A stretch of 64,000 nucleotides of DNA from NCBI RefSeq assembly GCF_006345805.1, contig NC_043017.1, positions 21,886,001-21,950,000 on the forward strand, in the 5' to 3' direction. Below are positions 62,568 through 64,000 of the stretch, piece by piece (position 1 is the stretch's first letter; each line of letters starts with the position of its first letter). Source of the DNA: Octopus sinensis (lineage: Eukaryota). The notes under the pieces are model-generated. The model saw only the letters and a program-made list of their open reading frames with translations, did no database searches and had not been told where the DNA came from. The position numbers and the translations under genes are program-made.

Positions 62568-63251
62568 AACACAACAGGCTTCTTTCAGTTTCTGTTTACC
62601 AAATCCACTCTCAAGGCTTTGGTTGGTCCAAAGCTATAAGAGAAGGCACTTGTCCAAGATGTCATGCAGTGGGACTGAACCCAGAACCATGTAGTCAGGA
62701 AGCAAGCTTCTTACCACGCTACCATATGTGCACCTTTGGATGTATGAAAAATTACATAAAAGTTCTCAATAACGGTTTTTTTTATGAAAGCTTCAAATCC
62801 TTTTACTATAAGACTGCAATGGTAAATGGAGTAACTATTTTTTTTTTAAACCTAGAAAGCTTGTTCATTGTTGAACCACAGATTAGAAAACTGATGCAAA
62901 ATACCTAATTTGGGAATAGTATGTCTAAAATTGAGTTTGTAAAACCTTGGAAATTTAAAAGCTTCTGATTACAGAACAGCTAATTGAGTCTATGATTGAT
63001 AGCTTTCAGCAGCTTCAATGCTGGATTAGAGGAAAGATGCACTTTACTCTGCTCTCATTTTAAACGTTCTATGGAAACTTGTAACGAGTGGAATTATGAG
63101 CAAAGTGAGCAATTTTTCACGGAGATATTATGTTAGTGACAGAAAGATATCAAAACCACATTCACATACACACACAGATATGCATGAATAAATATACACA
63201 TATTTGTGAACATTTGTGCATGTGTGTACGTATGAGTGAATCTCTCTCTCA

Positions 63252-63381
<130 letters not shown>

Positions 63382-63403
63382 ATATATATATATATGTGTG
63401 TGT

Positions 63404-63592
63404 ATTTATATATATTAGCACACACACACACACACACTCACACACACACACATATATATATTTATACATATATTTGTGCATCTGTGCATGTCTATACATA
63501 CATGCACACATACACACACAAACACACACACACACACAAACATGTGTATGTATCTATATATATATACATATGCATATATGTGTGTGTGTGTG

Positions 63593-63630
<38 letters not shown>

Positions 63631-63905
63631 ATATATTTATATACATATAAATATATTTGTGTGTGCATAAAAACATATATAAATATATGCACTCATATAC
63701 ATGTGTGGGTATGTATATATATGTGTGTGTATTTATATATATTAGCACACACACACACACACACTCACACACACACACATATATATATTTATACATATAT
63801 TTGTGCATCTGTGCATGTCTATACATACATGCACACATACACACACAAACACACACACACACACAAACATGTGTATGTATCTATATATATATACATATGC
63901 ATATA

Positions 63906-63925
<20 letters not shown>
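63404..63925. repeat. Tandem duplication of a microsatellite-rich block, period 327 bp
   Basis: TTAGCACAC.. at 63415 and 63742, with about 185 bp shared. Confidence 0.8.
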
Positions 63926-63946
<21 letters not shown>

Positions 63947-63950
63947 CTAC

Positions 63951-63992
<42 letters not shown>

Positions 63993-64000
63993 ATTTGCAT

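Overview
This is AT-rich eukaryotic non-coding DNA full of (TA)n, (CA)n, (TACA)n, (TAA)n, (CAT)n and (GAA)n microsatellites. Its repeat families look like those of an Octopus-type cephalopod genome; this is inferred from the SINE repertoire and was not checked by search. I cannot support any host protein-coding gene: nearly all listed ORFs are microsatellite read-throughs or SINE artefacts, and only a few short candidate exons remain. The window holds at least five tRNA-type SINE families, LINE fragments (RTE, CR1, L2/Crack-like, R4/Dong-type), Tc1/mariner fragments, and piggyBac-, Tigger- and hAT-type MITEs. The strongest signal is a set of about 10 short non-coding elements sitting in (TA)n tracts that carry type I hammerhead ribozyme motifs. 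Four of them are inverted-repeat foldbacks with a one-sided tail, the layout known from Penelope-like element pseudo-LTRs. They form at least five sequence families, including one with an unusually long stem II and one with a recurrent non-canonical core. A parallel set of (TAA)n-associated elements (R4/Dong 3' ends plus a 545-bp non-coding element) stacks up in TAA arrays. Several local rearrangements can be reconstructed, notably a SINE-mediated 890-bp tandem duplication and a 155-bp templated inverted copy.
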